A stretch of DNA of 64,000 nucleotides, from assembly GCA_045605445.1 (NCBI GenBank), contig JAZUPZ010000007.1, forward strand, positions 2,924 through 66,923, given 5' to 3'. Under the pieces are notes generated by a model. The model was not told where the DNA came from, did not search any database, and saw only the letters and a program-made list of their open reading frames with translations. Made by a program: the position numbers and the translations under genes. Position 1 is the stretch's first letter; each line of letters begins with the position of its first letter. The DNA is from Clostridia bacterium (lineage in GTDB: Bacteria > Bacillota > Clostridia > RGIG6154). Shown here in pieces: positions 36,227 through 45,802 of the stretch.

Positions 36227-37471
36227 TTATTCTATTACAACATTTTCAACGTCGTCAATGTTTCTTTCAACGTCTGCGGTTATGTTTACGTTTTTAATTG
36301 TAACGTTTTTAACGGGGCGTTCTTTAAGACCCAGAATTTCAATGCCAACGGGAGCGCTTTCGCAGGTAACGTTTTCAATGTAAACGTTTTCAAGGTGAGA
36401 AATTTTCTGTTCACATTCGGGAACCGGGTAGCAATCGTTATATCTTAAGGTAAGCTGAATTGCCTGCTGGTTCATTTTCTTAAGGGTAATGTTGCGGCAC
36501 TCAATGTTTCTTATATATCCGCCACGTACTCTGTTTGCCTTAAGGCGTATTCCGCCGTTGGTATCGTCTAAGGAGCAGTTTTCAAAAAGAACGTTTTCAA
36601 CCCCTGCGCTCATTTCCGAGCCTACCGAAAGACCGCCTCGGCTCATGGTTACATCGCAGTTTCTTACAATAACGTTTTTAAGGGGAATGTTAACCTCCCA
36701 GGCGTCCTCATTTCTTCCCGCCTTTAATGCAAAGGCATCGTCGCCCGTATGAATTCTGCAGTTTTCAATAAGAACGTTTTCGCAGGAGTCGGGGTCAATT
36801 CCGTCGGAATTTTTGGCTTCAACGGGGCTGTTTAAAGTAATGCCCGAAACAATAATATTTTTGCAGTAAACGGGGTGAATCGTCCAGGAGGGGCTGTTAA
36901 TAAAGGTAACCCCCTCAATAAGAATATTTTCGCTGTTTAAAAACTGAAGAAATGGCGGACGAATTCCGTATTCAATTTTGTCAAAAACCCTTTCATCAAG
37001 AGGTGTTCCTGTTCTGCACATTTCTGCAAGCATATCCATCCCCGGCTGATTAAGCTGCATAGGCCACCAGAAATGACCGTTGCCGTTTAAAGTACCTTTG
37101 CCCGTTACCGCAATGTTCTTAACCTTATAAGAATACAAAAGGGGAGAAACTGCAAAGCATCTTACTCCGCCCCTTTGCATATACCTTGGGGGCATATAGT
37201 CGTTAAAGTCGGTTGAAAAAAGAACCTCTGCGCCCTCTTCAAGGTGAACTTCAATATTGTCTTTAAAAACAATAGGTCCGGTAAGATATTTCCCCTTTGG
37301 AAAAACAAGCCTTCCGCCGCCCGCCTCTGAAAGCTTGCAGATAGCCTTTTCAATAATTTCCGTGTTTTTAAAAATGCCGTCATTTTTTCCGCCCAAGTCA
37401 ATAATATTTATTTCCCTGTGGGGAATTTCCGGCTTCTCCGGAATTGGGAATTCCCTGAAAATTTTATACAC
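36227..37471 (-). CDS. Glycoside hydrolase family 28 (polygalacturonase-like)
   Basis: Parallel beta-helix protein with GH28 motifs (NSPSWTIHP, DGIDPDS, GDDAFALKAG, RIK-like). Confidence 0.7.
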   Translation of the reverse strand: MYKIFREFPIPEKPEIPHREINIIDLGGKNDGIFKNTEIIEKAICKLSEAGGGRLVFPKGKYLTGPIVFKDNIEVHLEEGAEVLFSTDFNDYMPPRYMQRGGVRCFAVSPLLYSYKVKNIAVTGKGTLNGNGHFWWPMQLNQPGMDMLAEMCRTGTPLDERVFDKIEYGIRPPFLQFLNSENILIEGVTFINSPSWTIHPVYCKNIIVSGITLNSPVEAKNSDGIDPDSCENVLIENCRIHTGDDAFALKAGRNEDAWEVNIPLKNVIVRNCDVTMSRGGLSVGSEMSAGVENVLFENCSLDDTNGGIRLKANRVRGGYIRNIECRNITLKKMNQQAIQLTLRYNDCYPVPECEQKISHLENVYIENVTCESAPVGIEILGLKERPVKNVTIKNVNITADVERNIDDVENVVIE

Positions 37472-38150
37472 GTTTAATAAACTCCTTTACGATGTTAATA
37501 GAATTTTCCGCCGCTTTTTTTACAAAGGTAGGGTAATCAATATCAGAGGAATCATCGGCGCTGTCTGAGATAGCCCTGATAATAACAAAGTCGGTATTGT
37601 TAACATAGCAAACATGGCCTATACTGCCTCCTTCCATTTCACAGCAGATTCCGCCGAATTCATTAACAAGAAATTCCTTCTTTTCTCTGCTGTTTATAAA
37701 CTGGTCCCCGGTTGCAATAGTGCCCCTGTAAGAGTTTATTCCAAGGGAGGAAAGAATTTCCATAACCAGCTCTGAATATTTTTCGCTTGCGGGAATTTTA
37801 ACAATGTTTATTCCCGAAAGAAGCCCCTTGGGGTCGCCCAGCGGACTTGTATCCATATCGTGCTGAACAACGTTTTCGCTTACCGCAACGTCGCAAACAG
37901 AAAGCTTGTCTGTAAGAGTTCCGCCAACGCCGGTGTTAATAATAACATCGGGGTTGTATTTTAAAATCATAGCCTCTGTGCATATTGCGGCAAAAACCTT
38001 GCCTATTCCGCAGCAGGCAATAACAACATCCTTGCCGAAAATCTGCCCCGAAACAAATTCAACTCCCGAAACTGTTTCTCTTTTTGCATTTTCCGTTATT
38101 TTCTGCAGGGCATTAACCTCAACCTGCATAGCACCAATAATGCCTACCAT
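37464..38150 (-). CDS. mtnN: 5'-methylthioadenosine/S-adenosylhomocysteine nucleosidase
   Basis: 228 aa PNP/UDP phosphorylase fold with a typical MTAN N-terminus (IGIIGAM). Confidence 0.8.
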   Translation of the reverse strand: MVGIIGAMQVEVNALQKITENAKRETVSGVEFVSGQIFGKDVVIACCGIGKVFAAICTEAMILKYNPDVIINTGVGGTLTDKLSVCDVAVSENVVQHDMDTSPLGDPKGLLSGINIVKIPASEKYSELVMEILSSLGINSYRGTIATGDQFINSREKKEFLVNEFGGICCEMEGGSIGHVCYVNNTDFVIIRAISDSADDSSDIDYPTFVKKAAENSINIVKEFIKRV

Positions 38151-38182
38151 AACTTCTCATTCCTCATTTCTAATTTCTAATT

Positions 38183-38638
38183 TTAATACTTAAAATCGTT
38201 TTCTTTGTTCTCTAAAATTTCAAGATAATTTTTTGCAATTTCAACTGCCTTTTCAAGCTTTAAGGTTTTGTAGTTTCCGCATTCAATTTCGCTGCAGCCG
38301 AAAACCTCGCCCTTGTGGTTTATAATAAGCTTTAAAACCTCAATAACCACAGAAAGAACCCTTTCGTTGTCGGCATTTCTTATTAAAAGATAAAAACCCG
38401 TCTGACAGCCCATAGGTCCGAAATAAATAACGTTGTCGGAAAGGGCACTGTTTCTTATATAGGTTGCAAAAAGATGCTCAAAGGTGTGCATCTGCTGATT
38501 GTCAAGGTAAATATTTTCCTTGTTGTTGGGATGCATAAATCTTAAATCGTAGGTAGTAATGTCCCCGTCAATTCTTGAAACGTAAATTCCCGGGTTTAAG
38601 GTGGTATGGTCAATTTTAAAGCTTTCTATTTTGTTCAT
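38183..38638 (-). CDS. luxS: S-ribosylhomocysteine lyase
   Basis: 151 aa with the HTFEHL metal-binding motif. Confidence 0.85.
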   Translation of the reverse strand: MNKIESFKIDHTTLNPGIYVSRIDGDITTYDLRFMHPNNKENIYLDNQQMHTFEHLFATYIRNSALSDNVIYFGPMGCQTGFYLLIRNADNERVLSVVIEVLKLIINHKGEVFGCSEIECGNYKTLKLEKAVEIAKNYLEILENKENDFKY

Positions 38639-39579
38639 TGTTTTTTCTCCTTTTTAATTATTTCGTTTCGTGCCCTTTTGCCGTCAGCCTTGGGGGAAAT
38701 GCCAAAATGCTTTTTGTAGGCTCTGTAAAAGGACGAATAGTCGGCAAAGCCAAACTGCTGACTTGCCTTTATAATGGGAACTCCCGAATGAATAAGGTTT
38801 CTTGCGCCCATAAGCCTTTTAATTACAACGTATTCCCAGAGCGATGTTCCCGTCATATCCTTGAAAATTCTGTTCAGCTGAGATTTGCTTAAAAAGAAAT
38901 GGTCGCTTAAAATGTCAAGGGAAAGGTTGTCGCTTATATGCCTGTTAATAAAATAAACAAGCTCGGAGAAAACCTCGTTTTTTCTTTTGCCGGGAGAGTG
39001 TTTTTTTGCAGTATGGGAAAGAGTGCTCAGCTTGCGCAGAATGGGAATAAGGTTAGCGGTAACCGCAAGCTGTTTTTCAACGGCAGTACCCTCTGTTTTC
39101 ATTTCCTCAAAAAGACGCTTAATGTCAAACTTTCCGAATTCCTCGGGAGCATAAAAATTTCCTTCGCCCATCGGGCGGTCGTCAAAAACTCCGGTGAGAA
39201 TTCCCTCACTGTCAATTCCCGAGAGAATTTCCTTTTTGAAATGAACAACCATTCTTTCATAAGGCTCGTCGCAGGAAACGGAAATTTTGTGAAACTCTGC
39301 GGGACGCATAAGAATAAGACAGTCTTTTGTAAGGTTGTAGGTGCTGCCCTCAATGGTAAAGGTTCCGCTTCCGCTGACAAAATATAAAAGCTCGTACTGG
39401 TCGTGAACGTGCATACGAAAATTTTTCTCAACGGGTTTTTTGTCAATGCTGTGATGAAAACCAAGCATATTGTCGTTATACTCGTAAATAATGCTCATAT
39501 TTACCTCGTTTTTATTATAATTAAACAAAAGACAATGTTGAATAGTAAAAACAACTTTTTCTTTGTTATTTTCAATCAA
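38635..39579 (-). CDS. AraC-family transcriptional regulator (cupin plus HTH)
   Basis: C-terminal AraC HTH signature. Confidence 0.7.
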   Translation of the reverse strand: MIENNKEKVVFTIQHCLLFNYNKNEVNMSIIYEYNDNMLGFHHSIDKKPVEKNFRMHVHDQYELLYFVSGSGTFTIEGSTYNLTKDCLILMRPAEFHKISVSCDEPYERMVVHFKKEILSGIDSEGILTGVFDDRPMGEGNFYAPEEFGKFDIKRLFEEMKTEGTAVEKQLAVTANLIPILRKLSTLSHTAKKHSPGKRKNEVFSELVYFINRHISDNLSLDILSDHFFLSKSQLNRIFKDMTGTSLWEYVVIKRLMGARNLIHSGVPIIKASQQFGFADYSSFYRAYKKHFGISPKADGKRARNEIIKKEKKQ

Positions 39580-39709
39580 AAGGTCTTTTCAAGGTGATTT
39601 TAACATAAAATGCGCCTTTTTGCAATATAAAATGCCTTAAAATGCAATAGAATTGCAATTGAAAATATTGTATAATAAAGTCAACAATGTGTTTAAAGGA
39701 GTAGTTAAA

Positions 39710-40753
39710 ATGAAATTAACCTTCAGATGGTATGGCGAAAGCGAGCCCGTTACTCTTGACCATATTCGTCAGATTCCGTCAATGACGGGTATCGTTTCCG
39801 CTGTTTACGACGTTCCCGCAGGGGGCGTTTGGAGCAACGAGAGCATTGCCGGATTAAAAAGAAAAGCAAATGAAAAAGGACTTGCCTTCGAGGTGGTAGA
39901 ATCGGTTCCCGTTCCCGAAGACATAAAGCTTGGAAACGAGAAAGCGCCTCAGCTTATTGAAAATTATTGTGAAAACATAAGAAGGCTTGGCAAGGCGGGG
40001 GTTAAGGTTATCTGCTATAACTTTATGCCTGTTTTCGACTGGCTTCGTTCAGAGCTTGAAAGACCGTCGGAAGACGGCTCAAATTCCCTTGCCTACGATG
40101 AAAAAAACGTTCTTGAAATGAATCCTTTAACCTCAGAGCTTTCTCTTCCCGGCTGGGACGAAAGCTATACAAAGGAACAGCTTAAGGATCTTCTTAATCA
40201 GTACAGTAAAATTGATGAGGAACAGCTCTTTAAAAATCTTGAAACCTTTTTAAAGGCAATAATTCCCGTTGCAGAGGAAAACGATATCAAAATGGCAATT
40301 CATCCCGACGATCCGCCCTGGGGACTTTTCGGTCTGCCGAGAATTATAACAACGGAAAAGAATTTAGACCGCTTCTTAAAGCTGGTTGACTCGCCCAATA
40401 ACGGTCTTACCTTCTGCACAGGCTCCCTCGGCGCAGGTCAGGAAAACGACCTGGTTAAAATGGCGGCAAAATATGCCGACAGAATTCATTTTCTCCATCT
40501 GAGAAATATTAAATTTACAGGGGATAAGTGCTTCCACGAGGTTGGACATCCCACAGAGTGCGGCTCAATTGATATGTACGGCATAGCAAAAGCCCTTGTT
40601 GAAAACGGCTTTAACGGATATGTTCGTCCCGACCACGGCAGAATGATATGGGGAGAAAAGGGCAGATACGGCTACGGTCTTTTCGACAGAGCCCTCGGCG
40701 CTACATATATCGCAGGACTTTTTGAAGCCCTTGAAAAGGAGATAAGAAAATAA
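39710..40753 (+). CDS. uxuA: Mannonate dehydratase
   Basis: MKLTFRWYG N-terminus and xylose-isomerase-like TIM barrel. RBS AGGAG. The ORF-track start at 39653 is probably too early. Confidence 0.75.
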   Translation: MKLTFRWYGESEPVTLDHIRQIPSMTGIVSAVYDVPAGGVWSNESIAGLKRKANEKGLAFEVVESVPVPEDIKLGNEKAPQLIENYCENIRRLGKAGVKVICYNFMPVFDWLRSELERPSEDGSNSLAYDEKNVLEMNPLTSELSLPGWDESYTKEQLKDLLNQYSKIDEEQLFKNLETFLKAIIPVAEENDIKMAIHPDDPPWGLFGLPRIITTEKNLDRFLKLVDSPNNGLTFCTGSLGAGQENDLVKMAAKYADRIHFLHLRNIKFTGDKCFHEVGHPTECGSIDMYGIAKALVENGFNGYVRPDHGRMIWGEKGRYGYGLFDRALGATYIAGLFEALEKEIRK

Positions 40754-41577
40754 TGAGAAAAGTAGTTGTAATAACAGGCGCAGGCGGAATTTTGTGTTCC
40801 TCCTTTGCAAAGGAAATGGCAAAGCAGGGGCATAAGGTTGCAGTTTTAGACCTTAACCTTGAGGCGGCGCAGGCTGTTGCCGAAGAAATTGTAAAAGAAG
40901 GTGGAATCGCAAAGGCTTATAAAACCAATGTTCTTGATAAGGAAAATCTTATTGCGGTTCACGATGAAATTGTAAAAGACCTGGGCAAATGCGAAATTTT
41001 AATAAACGGGGCAGGGGGAAACAGCCCAAAATGCACCACCTTTAACGAAACCTATCAGCCCGGCGACGAAGAAAGAGAGGATATTTCCACCTTCTTTAAT
41101 CTTGACAAAGCAGGCTTCAACTTTGTTTTCGACCTTAACATAATGGGAACAATTCTTCCAACTCAGGTTTTTGTTAAGGATATGCTGGGCGTTAAAGGAT
41201 GTTCCGTTTTAAATATTTCTTCAATGAACGCCTACAAACCGCTCACAAAAATTCCTGCCTACTCTTCTGCAAAGGCAGGGGTTCAGAATTTAACCCAGTG
41301 GCTCGCAGTTCATTTTGCAGAGCAGGGGATAAGAGTAAACGCAATGGCTCCCGGCTTTTTTGTAACCAATCAGAATAAAGCCCTTCTGTTTAATGAAGAC
41401 AAAACACCAACAGCAAGAACCGGCAAAATCTTAAACGCAACACCAATGAAAAGATTCGGCGAACCAGAAGAGCTCTTAGGCACACTTCTGTTTTTAACCG
41501 ATTCTGAAAAATCAGGCTTTATAACGGGAGTAACGATACCGGTAGACGGCGGCTTCTCCGCCTACTCAGGAGTCTAA
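40753..41577 (+). CDS. SDR-family oxidoreductase (D-mannonate/fructuronate reductase-like)
   Basis: TGAGGILC Rossmann motif. Operonic with uxuA. Confidence 0.65.
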   Translation: MRKVVVITGAGGILCSSFAKEMAKQGHKVAVLDLNLEAAQAVAEEIVKEGGIAKAYKTNVLDKENLIAVHDEIVKDLGKCEILINGAGGNSPKCTTFNETYQPGDEEREDISTFFNLDKAGFNFVFDLNIMGTILPTQVFVKDMLGVKGCSVLNISSMNAYKPLTKIPAYSSAKAGVQNLTQWLAVHFAEQGIRVNAMAPGFFVTNQNKALLFNEDKTPTARTGKILNATPMKRFGEPEELLGTLLFLTDSEKSGFITGVTIPVDGGFSAYSGV

Positions 41578-41585
41578 TGGAATGC

Positions 41586-41672
41586 TAAAATTGCCCATAT
41601 TGCACCTTTGCCCTCACTGAAGTACACAAAGTACTGCCCGTTCGGGCAAATGCACAATCTGAACAATTTTTC
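41586..41672 (+). repeat. B-type modular repeat copy
   Basis: TAAAATTGCCCATATTGCAC-CTTTGCCC...GTACACAAAGTAC...GGGCAAATG-CACAATCTGAACAATTTTTCC. The inner stem TTTGCCC/GGGCAAA is compensated relative to other copies. Confidence 0.6.
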
Positions 41673-41725
41673 CGATTCCATTGAAATGAATAGTTAAAAG
41701 TCAATAGTTAATAAAAAATGAAGGA

Positions 41726-41760
41726 ACTCGGGTATACCGAGTTCCCACAATTTTTATGTT
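41726..41760 (+). terminator. Rho-independent terminator
   Basis: GGAACTCGG-GTATA-CCGAGTTCC followed by a T-run. Confidence 0.65.
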
Positions 41761-41816
41761 TATCGTGTCTTTCATAGGAGAAAAACAGTCTTTTGACGTT
41801 CCGGACTTTTTTAACA
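41756..41816 (-). repeat. C-type repeat, inverted copy, immediately 3' of the AraC gene stop
   Basis: Its reverse complement matches 19941-20003. Confidence 0.6.
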
Positions 41817-41823
41817 TCCCCTC

Positions 41824-42672
41824 TTACTGTTTATTCTGCATTTTCTTGCGGTACTCCAGCGGCGGGATGCCCAGATATTTTTTAAAGGTTTTGCAAAAAT
41901 ACATCGTTGAGTTAAAGCCCGACTCAAAGCCTACATCGGTTATGTTTTTGTTGCTGTTTGCAAGAAGCTCGCAGGCGTTCTGAACCTTAACGTTGTTAAG
42001 ATAAGAAATAACCGACATATTAAGGGTTTTCTTGAAAATTCTGCAAAGGTGACCCTTGGTAATGAAAAAATGACTGCATATGTCGTCGAGAGACTTTATT
42101 TCAAGGTAGTTTAAGTTTATAAATTTAACAATTTCCGCCGCCTGCTTTTCGTTGGTTGAAATAATTTTTTTGTCGGTTGTGCAGGATTTTGAAGCGTTTT
42201 TAAGAAGAACAAGAAGCTCGGAAACGAAAACAAATCTGTCCTCCTCGGGAGTTGAAATAAGCTTCTGGGAAACTGAGCGGAGCTTTGAATAAAGGTTGGC
42301 ATTAAGAGAAATAACCCTGTGGTTAAAGGGCTCAAGAAGGTGAGAAATAACCTCTTCGGAAAAGTGCTTTTTAAGATATCCCGGGCGAATGCTTATAAGA
42401 GTTCTTTTAAAGGGTCCGCCCGTGGTTTTGTGAAGCACATAAGGGTTAATAAGGGCAACATCCATTTCCGAAATTTCAAAAAGCTCATCGTCAATAATAT
42501 AGGTTCTGTTTCCGCTTTCCAAAATATAAATCTCATAGGAGTTATGGTGGTGGGCAAAGGGCATATCGTAAGGCCGTTCCTGACCTTCAACGAGAATTAA
42601 AAGGTCAACAGTTTGCTCGTTGTATACTGAATTTGTCCGCATTTTATCACCTCCTGTGTTAAAATAATACAA
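41824..42672 (-). CDS. AraC-family transcriptional regulator (cupin plus HTH)
   Basis: 282 aa with a C-terminal AraC HTH. Confidence 0.7.
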   Translation of the reverse strand: MYYFNTGGDKMRTNSVYNEQTVDLLILVEGQERPYDMPFAHHHNSYEIYILESGNRTYIIDDELFEISEMDVALINPYVLHKTTGGPFKRTLISIRPGYLKKHFSEEVISHLLEPFNHRVISLNANLYSKLRSVSQKLISTPEEDRFVFVSELLVLLKNASKSCTTDKKIISTNEKQAAEIVKFINLNYLEIKSLDDICSHFFITKGHLCRIFKKTLNMSVISYLNNVKVQNACELLANSNKNITDVGFESGFNSTMYFCKTFKKYLGIPPLEYRKKMQNKQ

Positions 42673-42763
42673 TAAATCTTTAAATAAGTCAATATCGTGA
42701 TAGAAATTTGTAATATTTTACCTTATGATATGTTTGTAAATTGATTAAAAGGGGATATAAGAA

Positions 42764-44164
42764 ATGGTAAAATATGTTGAAAACAGAGCGGAAAATGTTA
42801 AAATTGCTTACATCGGCGGCGGCTCAAGAGGCTGGGCATGGGGACTTATGTCAGACCTTGCAGAGGAAAAGGAGTTAAGCGGCGAGGTTTGCCTTTATGA
42901 TATAGACAAAAAGGCTGCAAAGGATAACGAAATAATCGGAAACAAAATAAAAGACTATAAAAAAGGTGCCGACAACTTTGTATATAAAGCTGTTGATACC
43001 TATAAAGAAGCTCTTACCGGCGCCGACTTTGTTATAATTTCAATTCTTCCCGGAACCTTCGACGAAATGGCGTCAGACGTTCACACTCCCGAAAAATACG
43101 GAATTTATCAGTCGGTTGGTGACACGGTTGGCCTTGGCGGAATTGTAAGAGCATTAAGAACTCTTCCAATGTTTGAAGAATTTGCTCTTGAAATTAAAAA
43201 ATATTGCCCCAATGCCTGGGTTATTAACTATACAAACCCAATGACAATGTGCATCAAAGCTCTTTACAAGGCTTTCCCCGAAATAAAGGCTTTCGGATGC
43301 TGTCACGAGGTTTTCGGAACTCAGAAGTTCTTAGGTCAGGTAATGGCAAGATATCTTGGCTTTGAAAAAGACATAGAAAGAACAGAAATAAAAACAAACG
43401 TTGTTGGTATTAACCACTTCACCTGGATTACAGAAGCTAAATATAAAAATATCGATATTTTCCCGGTTTATAAAGAATTCTGCGAAGCACATAAAGATAC
43501 AGGCTTCGTTCCCGAAAAAAAGGACGACCACTGGATGAACGGCGGCTTCAATACAAACGAAAAGGTTAAAATGGACCTGTTTTTAAGATATGGTGTAATT
43601 GCCGCTGCCGGCGACAGACATCTTGCAGAGTTCTGCCCGAACAAATGGTACTTAGGTTCTCCCGAAAACGTTGCAGAGTGGGGCTTTGGCTTAACTACTG
43701 TTGACTGGAGAAAGAACGACCTTAAGGAAAGACTTGAAAAGAGCGCAAAGCTCGTGTCGGGCGAAAAAGAATTTGAATTCAAGCCAACCGGCGAAGAGGG
43801 AGTAAGACAAATTAAAGCCCTTCTGGGACTTGACGATTTTGTTACAAATGTAAATGTGCCCAATATAGGTCAGATTCCTAATCTGCCCTTCGGTTCGGTA
43901 GTTGAATCAAACGCAAGATTCTGTGCAGATACGGTAATTCCCGTAATGGCAGGCAACGTGCCCACAGCGGTTCACGGCCTTCTTTCAACAATAGTTGACA
44001 ATCAGGATATGGTAGTAGATGCGGCAGCTGCAAGAGATTTGGAGCTTGCCTTCAAAGCCTTCTGTAAAGATCCGCAGAATACACTTTCTCTTGAAGAATC
44101 AAGAAAGTTGTTCAACGAGATGCTTGAAAATACCAAGAAGTATCTTAAAGATTACCAAATATAA
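42764..44164 (+). CDS. Glycoside hydrolase family 4 (NAD/Mn-dependent; alpha-galacturonidase/alpha-glucuronidase-like)
   Basis: N-terminal KIAYIGGGS Rossmann motif. 466 aa. Confidence 0.7.
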   Translation: MVKYVENRAENVKIAYIGGGSRGWAWGLMSDLAEEKELSGEVCLYDIDKKAAKDNEIIGNKIKDYKKGADNFVYKAVDTYKEALTGADFVIISILPGTFDEMASDVHTPEKYGIYQSVGDTVGLGGIVRALRTLPMFEEFALEIKKYCPNAWVINYTNPMTMCIKALYKAFPEIKAFGCCHEVFGTQKFLGQVMARYLGFEKDIERTEIKTNVVGINHFTWITEAKYKNIDIFPVYKEFCEAHKDTGFVPEKKDDHWMNGGFNTNEKVKMDLFLRYGVIAAAGDRHLAEFCPNKWYLGSPENVAEWGFGLTTVDWRKNDLKERLEKSAKLVSGEKEFEFKPTGEEGVRQIKALLGLDDFVTNVNVPNIGQIPNLPFGSVVESNARFCADTVIPVMAGNVPTAVHGLLSTIVDNQDMVVDAAAARDLELAFKAFCKDPQNTLSLEESRKLFNEMLENTKKYLKDYQI

Positions 44165-44169
44165 GAACG

Positions 44170-44410
44170 GTTAAATTTGTTCATATTGCACCTTTGCCTG
44201 CCCCCTCGAGTACACAAAGTACACTTCGGGCAGACAAATTCACAATCTGAAGCAAATTTTCCACGTTCTTGACAGGTTAAATATTTGTTCATATTGCACC
44301 TTTGCCTGCCCACTCGAGTACACAAAGTACACTTCAGGCAGTCAAATTCACAATCTGAAGCAAATTTCCCACGTTCTTGACAGGTTAAATTTGTTCATAT
44401 TGCACCTTGT
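44170..44410 (+). repeat. Tandem array (2.3 units of ~108 bp) of the B-type modular repeat
   Basis: Unit: GGTTAAATTTGTTCATATTGCAC-CTTTGCCTGCCC-CTCGAGTACACAAAGTACAC-TTCGGGCAGACAAATT-CACAATCTGAAGCAAATTTTCCACGTTCTTGACA. Confidence 0.65.
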
Positions 44411-44515
44411 TTTCACAAACACACGGCGTACGGGAATTAACAATGTGAGGCAGGTTTTAAACAGCTGAAAAAGTCGTCTTTCAGGCGGCTTTTTTCAAAA
44501 AAGGGGAGAAAAACT

Positions 44516-45724
44516 ATGGCAGATTTTAAAAATAAATTCGGAATGTTTATTCACTGGGGAATTTATGCCCTTACCGGTCTCCAGGAGCAGGCTTTTGTAA
44601 GATATAATATGAAAAGGGAAGAATATGAGGCTCTTGCAAAAGAGTTTAACCCTGTTGACTACAATCCCAAAGAGTGGGTTAAGCTTGCAAAGGAAGCGGG
44701 AATGAAGTATATCTGCATAACAACAAAGCATCACGACGGCTTTTGTATGTGGAATACAAAATATACCGACTATAATATTATGAACACGCCCTACGGAAAG
44801 GACGTAATAAAAATGCTTGCCGAAGAGTGTAGGGCGCAGGGAATGAAGCTTTCCTTTTACTACTCCTGCCCCGATTGGCACTATGAATACGGCTACAATA
44901 AAAAATCAACCCACCAGTGGAAGTCTGTAAATAAAAATCACGGAGATTTCAGCAAATATATAGAATATGTTAAAAATCAGATAACCGAGCTTTTAACAAA
45001 TTACGGCGAAATTTACACTCTGTTCTGGGATATTCCTCCCTGCATTGAGGATAAAAGCGTAAACGAGCTTGTAAGAAAGCTTCAGCCGGATATTCTGATA
45101 AACAACAGAGGCTTTGATAAAGGCGATTTTTCAACGCCCGAGAGAGAATATGAAACCATTGAAGGCTCCTTTAGATTTGAAAGTATGACAGAAGCCTGCA
45201 ATTCTGTTGGCGAGCAAAGCTGGGGCTTCAGAAAAAATGAAGACTATCACTCTTTAAGATATCTTACTTATTCAATTGACAAAATTATGGCAATGGGCGG
45301 AAGCTATCTTCTGAATGTGGGGCCCGACGAAAAGGGAGTTATTCCCGAAAGATCAAGGGAAATAATTAAAAAGGTGGGCGACTGGTACAACAGAATGGGC
45401 GGCTGCCTCGAGGAAACAAAAGAGGATAAAAATGAATACAAGGTGTTTAAATATAACTATATTGTAAACACAAAAAATGGCAAATCATATTTCCATTTTA
45501 AAGACGGTATTGCTTCAAGTTCGGTATCTTTTGAAAAATATCCGTCTGTTCCCAAAAGTGTAAGTCTTGTTAATTTTAATATGCCTCTGCCCTTTGAAAT
45601 AACCCTTCTTCCCGAATATTTCGATATGGAAACGGGAAAGGGGCAGGACAAATTGCTGCGAATTTATTCAATTCCCGTAGAGGAGCTTGAAAAAGAACCT
45701 GTAGTTCTTGAAATAGAGTGGTAA
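44516..45724 (+). CDS. Alpha-L-fucosidase (GH29)
   Basis: FGMFIHWG...HHDGF N-terminal GH29 signature. Confidence 0.75.
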   Translation: MADFKNKFGMFIHWGIYALTGLQEQAFVRYNMKREEYEALAKEFNPVDYNPKEWVKLAKEAGMKYICITTKHHDGFCMWNTKYTDYNIMNTPYGKDVIKMLAEECRAQGMKLSFYYSCPDWHYEYGYNKKSTHQWKSVNKNHGDFSKYIEYVKNQITELLTNYGEIYTLFWDIPPCIEDKSVNELVRKLQPDILINNRGFDKGDFSTPEREYETIEGSFRFESMTEACNSVGEQSWGFRKNEDYHSLRYLTYSIDKIMAMGGSYLLNVGPDEKGVIPERSREIIKKVGDWYNRMGGCLEETKEDKNEYKVFKYNYIVNTKNGKSYFHFKDGIASSSVSFEKYPSVPKSVSLVNFNMPLPFEITLLPEYFDMETGKGQDKLLRIYSIPVEELEKEPVVLEIEW

Positions 45725-45802
45725 GAAAAGAGCTGTAAGTTTTTACAGCTCTTTTCTTGACGGTTAAAGTATTTAACTGTATAATAAAAAAGAGGTGAAA
45801 AT

